From Tolypothrix carrinoi HA7290-LM1 (GTDB lineage: Bacteria > Cyanobacteriota > Cyanobacteriia > Cyanobacteriales > Nostocaceae), in contig JAHHIK010000173.1 of NCBI GenBank assembly GCA_019358935.1, positions 1-11,401 on the forward strand: 11,401 bases of DNA, given 5' to 3'. Under the pieces are notes generated by a model. The model was not told where the DNA came from, did not search any database, and was given only the letters and a program-made list of their open reading frames with translations. This document shows, piece by piece, positions 7,979-11,401 of the stretch (positions are counted from its first letter, which is position 1; each line of letters begins with the position of its first letter). The translations under genes and the position numbers were made by a program.

Positions 7979-8882
7979 TCTCAAGGATTTTGTCTTCGGC
8001 GATGAACCCCAGGCAGAACTATCAGGTCAACAGATAGTGCCGCTGACTGCCATTACTCTACCAACCAGTCAGCCCCGACGTTACTTCGATCCTCAAAAGC
8101 TTCAAGAACTGACGAATTCAGTCCGCAAGCATGGTATTTTGGAGCCACTACTGGTACGCCCACTGCCCGACAATGAAGGCAAGTATGAGCTAGTGGCTGG
8201 AGAAAGACGCTACCGAGCAGCTGTTGCCTCTGGGTTAAGTGAAGTTCCTGTGACCATCCGCACCCTCAGTGACTCTGAAGCACTACAACTTTCCCTCATA
8301 GAAAACTTACAACGGGAAGACCTGAACCCAGTTGAGGAAACGGAAGGGATTTTGCAACTGCTGTCATTCAAGTTAGAAATGGATGTGTCCGAAGTAGTGG
8401 CACGATTGTACCGGATGAGAAATGAAGCCAGCGGCATAGTTAGTCAAAACGTTTTGACTAACTTGGAAGGTGAAGCTATTCAGTCCTTGTTTGACTCACT
8501 AGGTCTAGTTAGCTGGGAATCCTTTATTACCACTCGCCTCCCCCTGCTTAAATTGCCAGAGGAAATTAAAGAAGCTCTACTCAGCGGATCAATAGCTTAT
8601 ACCAAAGCTCAGGTTATTGCCAGGGTAAAAGACCAAGATTTACGTCAAGCTTTATTAGAGGAAGCGATCGCCTCTGACTTGTCGTTAACTCAGATTAAGG
8701 AAAAAATAGCCGCTATTAACTGCCCTAAAACCAGCGATAAAGGAGAAAATGCAACGCTCAAAAGTCGAGTGGATACAACTTATAGTCTTTTAAAAAAATC
8801 AAAGATTTGGAATGACCCCCAGAAGCAAAAACACCTAGAGCAACTACTAGCGCAGATAGAAACACTCCTGACCAATGAATGA
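7959..8882 (+). CDS. parB: ParB/Spo0J-family CTPase partition protein (307 aa; start corrected from 7854 to 7959)
   Basis: QPRRYFD, GILEPLLVRP, YELVAGERRYRAA, ENLQREDLNPVEE. GGAGG RBS at 7948-7952 precedes ATG 7959, giving a 20-nt overlap with parA rather than 125 nt. Confidence 0.93.
   Translation: MTASRRSLKDFVFGDEPQAELSGQQIVPLTAITLPTSQPRRYFDPQKLQELTNSVRKHGILEPLLVRPLPDNEGKYELVAGERRYRAAVASGLSEVPVTIRTLSDSEALQLSLIENLQREDLNPVEETEGILQLLSFKLEMDVSEVVARLYRMRNEASGIVSQNVLTNLEGEAIQSLFDSLGLVSWESFITTRLPLLKLPEEIKEALLSGSIAYTKAQVIARVKDQDLRQALLEEAIASDLSLTQIKEKIAAINCPKTSDKGENATLKSRVDTTYSLLKKSKIWNDPQKQKHLEQLLAQIETLLTNE
8438..8463. promoter_or_regulatory. Perfect 26-bp palindrome inside parB; candidate parS
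   Basis: AGTTAGTCAAAACGTTTTGACTAACT is its own reverse complement. The palindrome is certain; the parS function is inferred. Confidence 0.6.
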
Positions 8883-8901
8883 GAGTGGTCAGAAAAAGCT
8901 T

Positions 8902-8921
8902 TGGAGGTATGCTCACCTCCA
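8902..8921. terminator. Short hairpin just after the parB stop
   Basis: TGGAGGT-atgctc-ACCTCCA. A second IR, CTGACCA...TGGTCAG (8868-8892), spans the stop codon. Confidence 0.35.
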
Positions 8922-9226
8922 GAGGTCTCTATTGCTGTCCGGGGAAGCCAAGCAGTTAAACTTCAACAAATCCTACCCGATTCTGCTGGCAAAACACTCA
9001 GGATTTCGGGACACAGCGCTTTCTCTAAAAGTCCGTGAACCATCACTCTCTTCTGGACTGTATTTTACAAAACGCTCAAACACCTGCCAAGCGTAACATT
9101 TCTATTCTCCACCCTGATCTTTTCACCTCCCTAAACCAAACTACAAATCAGCCCATTACACAACACCTTGAAAGGGCTAGTTCTAGGTCTTTACTTAAAC
9201 CCCCAGAATTTGGTAAATTATGATGG

Positions 9227-9262
9227 GCAATGTCTGCGACAAGCCGCTAAGAGCGTCTACGC
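9227..9262. repeat. Nostoc-type small dispersed repeat apparently inserted in a (mutated) HIP1 site
   Basis: GCAAT|GTCTGCGACAAGCCGCTAAGAGCGTCTA|CGC. The flanks rebuild GC(G>A)ATCGC and the insert has short hairpins, as in HIP1-targeting SDRs. Confidence 0.6.
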
Positions 9263-9265
9263 AAT

Positions 9266-9904
9266 CTACAAAAACAGAGATTGAACAGTCAGATCCTTCT
9301 GGGTGATACTGAAGTTACGCTGTTCTGCTGTGGCAACGAATGAAACGATCGCTTCACACGCCACAGCAACGGTTAACATCACCAGGTTTCGTGTCAGGGG
9401 ATAATCACAGACATCATCATTAACAAGAGAAGGAACGCGATAAACTTCATTCCAAATCACTTCTGCATAATCAGCCGATAGCCCAGCATGAAGACAAGGA
9501 ATGCTTAATTGTTCAGCATAATCTTTCACTGCTTGACGTGCCACACTATTGTCAAAGACATCGACAATTAGCTGGCTGTCTTGGAGTAGTTGAGTTGTAT
9601 TTGCTGATGTCAACTCAAGAGTCTTAGCATCAACTTTAGTACCAATTGCTCGATATAAATTGTTCGCTAAAATCTTCGCCTTGAACGCTCCCACATCGGA
9701 ACGGTAGTAAGGCTGAGTCGAAAGATTACGCTCCTCAATGCGATCGCGATCTATCACTGTAAGTTTATCAAAACCAGACCGAACTAAGTTTTCCGCAATG
9801 TTAGCTCCTAATGCTCCAGCGCCACAAATTGTTACAGGATAATTTTTTAGCTTTGCCATCACAGCATTGCTGCGGTAAAGCTGCTCGTGAAAAAAGATAC
9901 TCAT
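9266..9904 (-). CDS. ThiF/MoeB/E1-like adenylyltransferase lacking Zn-binding CxxC pairs
   Basis: GAGALG nucleotide-binding loop, DRDRIEERNLSTQ, GAFKAK, IVDVFDN. Cys in DDVCDYP lies at the crossover-loop position. Confidence 0.92.
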   Translation of the reverse strand: MSIFFHEQLYRSNAVMAKLKNYPVTICGAGALGANIAENLVRSGFDKLTVIDRDRIEERNLSTQPYYRSDVGAFKAKILANNLYRAIGTKVDAKTLELTSANTTQLLQDSQLIVDVFDNSVARQAVKDYAEQLSIPCLHAGLSADYAEVIWNEVYRVPSLVNDDVCDYPLTRNLVMLTVAVACEAIVSFVATAEQRNFSITQKDLTVQSLFL

Positions 9905-9906
9905 AA

Positions 9907-9957
9907 TAATTCGTAATACTCGCCAAAGGCGAGAAGCAAGCTACGTAATTCGTAATT
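9907..9957. repeat. Heptamer tandem repeat (TAATTCG, STRR-type) interrupted by an SDR-like hairpin
   Basis: TAATTCG-TAAT-[ACTCGCCAAAGGCGAGAAGCAAGCTA]-CG-TAATTCG-TAATT, with hairpin CTCGCC-aaa-GGCGAG at 9919-9933. Confidence 0.75.
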
Positions 9958-9977
9958 AATTAGTCAGATTGTTCTCA

Positions 9978-10811
9978 CTACTCTTGCTGTTCCATGACAC
10001 CTACTAAGGATTGCAAGTCAAAATCGCGATCGCGTCCACTCAGACAAATACCAGAACTAACAACAGTCAAATCAGTTTTAGCGATCGCACTACTATGGCG
10101 AACACCATCTTCCTCAGTTGTCCAATCGACTGTCCAGTAATCGCTGCGATCGTGGAATTGAGTTAAGGTACCGCCACCCATTTGCAATGCCTTTCTCAAT
10201 CGCTTTTCATCCTGTTGGGGTTGAGTAAATCCCTCAATGCGCCGAGTTCCTAATTCATACACTGTGCGGATTTCTGGAGTAATGCCCTTAAACTGTAATT
10301 CTTCAGCAGGAATGAGTTGCTTGAGGGCAGATTGCAGAGTTTCAGAAATTGCCGGATCGGTACGGCGATCGACTTCCTCAAACCAGCATGACTGCCCATT
10401 CCATCGGGCAATAATTTGCTCAAAGGTAACGCCGTCGGTAACTAAGTGGACTGCGATCGGCTTAACTACCTTCAACCGTTGACGCATATCTGCTTCATTC
10501 ACAGGGTATGCTAACCAAGTTTGTTTTTGCAGTGGGTGTGCTAACCGCAGTCGTATTTGGGGAAAATGTTGCAGGTATTCTGCAATCTGGGGTAAGTCTG
10601 CTTCTTCTACAACCGTTGCTATTTTCTCATCCACAGGCTGAAAGATGCCCCAACCTTGAAATTTACTAGGCTTTGGACTGAAGGTGTAGATCATCCCGGC
10701 TACCCGTGTGCGAACTCGTCCACCCTTGACACAGGGTGCGAGGAATTGGGTGGTATGTAACTGTGCTTCTGCGATCGCAATTTGGTTGATTAGCTTACGG
10801 ATGTCAGTCAT
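9978..10811 (-). CDS. Conserved-looking hypothetical protein (277 aa), co-oriented with the E1-like gene; C-terminal GICLSG motif
   Basis: Long ORF with natural composition and three HIP1 sites, ending 73 nt upstream of the ThiF gene on the same strand. Confidence 0.85.
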   Translation of the reverse strand: MTDIRKLINQIAIAEAQLHTTQFLAPCVKGGRVRTRVAGMIYTFSPKPSKFQGWGIFQPVDEKIATVVEEADLPQIAEYLQHFPQIRLRLAHPLQKQTWLAYPVNEADMRQRLKVVKPIAVHLVTDGVTFEQIIARWNGQSCWFEEVDRRTDPAISETLQSALKQLIPAEELQFKGITPEIRTVYELGTRRIEGFTQPQQDEKRLRKALQMGGGTLTQFHDRSDYWTVDWTTEEDGVRHSSAIAKTDLTVVSSGICLSGRDRDFDLQSLVGVMEQQE

Positions 10812-10913
10812 AACTTATTCCATGTATTACGCATAATTACTCAAAAAAATTTGTGTTGTTAAGTATATAAAAAAACATGTATTTGCTCAATAAACCAAAA
10901 AAAAAGAAAAATA

Positions 10914-11363
10914 ATGACTACCCAAATACAACAAATATCAGAATCCCGAAAAAAGTTAGCATCTGCTTACCGTGCAGTTTACGCAATTGGAGTTTTATGT
11001 ATTTTTCTAAGCATAATATTCTTTGTTGCTGGTAATCGATTGCCTGATTATCTAATATTGGGAATTGGTTTTTTATTTTTTGGTTTACTCTATCTAGTTC
11101 TAGGTTTTTTTGTACAACGTAAATCAAAAATTGCACTAGGTATTGCAGTAGGATTGATGTCGTTAAATGTGTTAACTGGCATTTACAATATGATTCAAAC
11201 TGGTAAACCGTTTGGCTTGATTCTTCCCATGATATTTTTAGGTCAGACTATAGAAGGATTTAAAGCTATAGAAGTCAGGACTTACGCAACTGGCACATTG
11301 CGATCGCCAATTAGTAGTAATTTAGTACTAGAAACAAGTATTTCTGAAATCAGCCCTTTTTAG
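10914..11363 (+). CDS. Small integral membrane protein (about 4 TM); C-terminal ~29 aa probably derived from an inserted element
   Basis: Hydrophobic segments VYAIGVLCIFLSIIFFVAG, YLILGIGFLFFGLLYLVLGFFV, IALGIAVGLMSLNVL and FGLILPMIFLG. The element end starts at 11276. Confidence 0.75.
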   Translation: MTTQIQQISESRKKLASAYRAVYAIGVLCIFLSIIFFVAGNRLPDYLILGIGFLFFGLLYLVLGFFVQRKSKIALGIAVGLMSLNVLTGIYNMIQTGKPFGLILPMIFLGQTIEGFKAIEVRTYATGTLRSPISSNLVLETSISEISPF

Positions 11364-11401
11364 AATTGTTGATAGAAATGAATCAAGTAGATTCCGGGAA
11401 A
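11276..11401. mobile_element. End of an IS/MITE (CAGGACTTACGCA terminus), extending beyond the window
   Basis: CAGGACTTACGCA at 11276-11288 matches the terminal repeat of the 4342-4501 element. No partner repeat lies in the remaining window. Confidence 0.65.

Larger units (their letters stand above)
378..11307. repeat. HIP1 octamers (GCGATCGC), 11 perfect copies
   Basis: Starts at 378, 2814, 2882, 5152, 5176, 8664, 9740, 10026, 10081, 10771, 11300; a hallmark of cyanobacterial DNA. Confidence 0.95.

Noticed and set aside
8875..9223. ORFs 8875-9096 and 9035-9223 downstream of parB
   Set aside because: Short, mutually overlapping, no recognisable motifs, and the first runs through hairpins; probably non-coding, though a small gene cannot be excluded.
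9266..9904. Assigning thiF, moeB or hesA as gene symbol
   Set aside because: It lacks the Zn-binding CxxC pairs and any thiamine, molybdopterin or nif context; only the superfamily is supportable.
1761..11136. Remaining antisense or alternate-frame ORFs within the helicase, dnaN, dnaX, holA, parA, parB, the 277-aa gene and the membrane gene
   Set aside because: Shadow ORFs overlapping well-supported genes, with no motifs of their own.
1..11401. CRISPR array, tRNA/rRNA, iteron array, intein in dnaX
   Set aside because: No regularly spaced repeats, cloverleaf or rRNA-like sequence seen; DnaX motifs are contiguous with no intein-sized insertion.

Overview
This is a cyanobacterial (probably Nostocales) plasmid-like region. 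Evidence for that origin is 11 perfect HIP1 octamers (GCGATCGC), Nostoc-type short dispersed and heptamer repeats, and a plasmid-type parAB pair. From the left it holds a small membrane-anchored hypothetical gene and two decayed IS fragments missing from the ORF track (an ISL3 transposase C-terminus and an ISKra4-like transposase N-terminus). Next is a co-oriented replication/partition module: Dda/RecD2-like SF1B helicase, dnaN, dnaX, holA, parA, parB. No holB or dnaE lies in the window. A convergent two-gene unit follows, encoding a Zn-less ThiF/E1-like enzyme and a 277-aa unknown protein with an E2-like G-I-C-L motif. The last gene is a membrane protein whose 3' end is invaded by a CAGGACTTACGCA-ended mobile element. 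The most interesting signals are the candidate E1/E2-like pair, a perfect 26-bp palindrome (candidate parS) inside parB next to its HTH-coding region, the accessory clamp/clamp-loader/helicase cassette, and a highly structured helicase-dnaN intergenic region. Family assignments come from motif recognition by eye; no searches were run.
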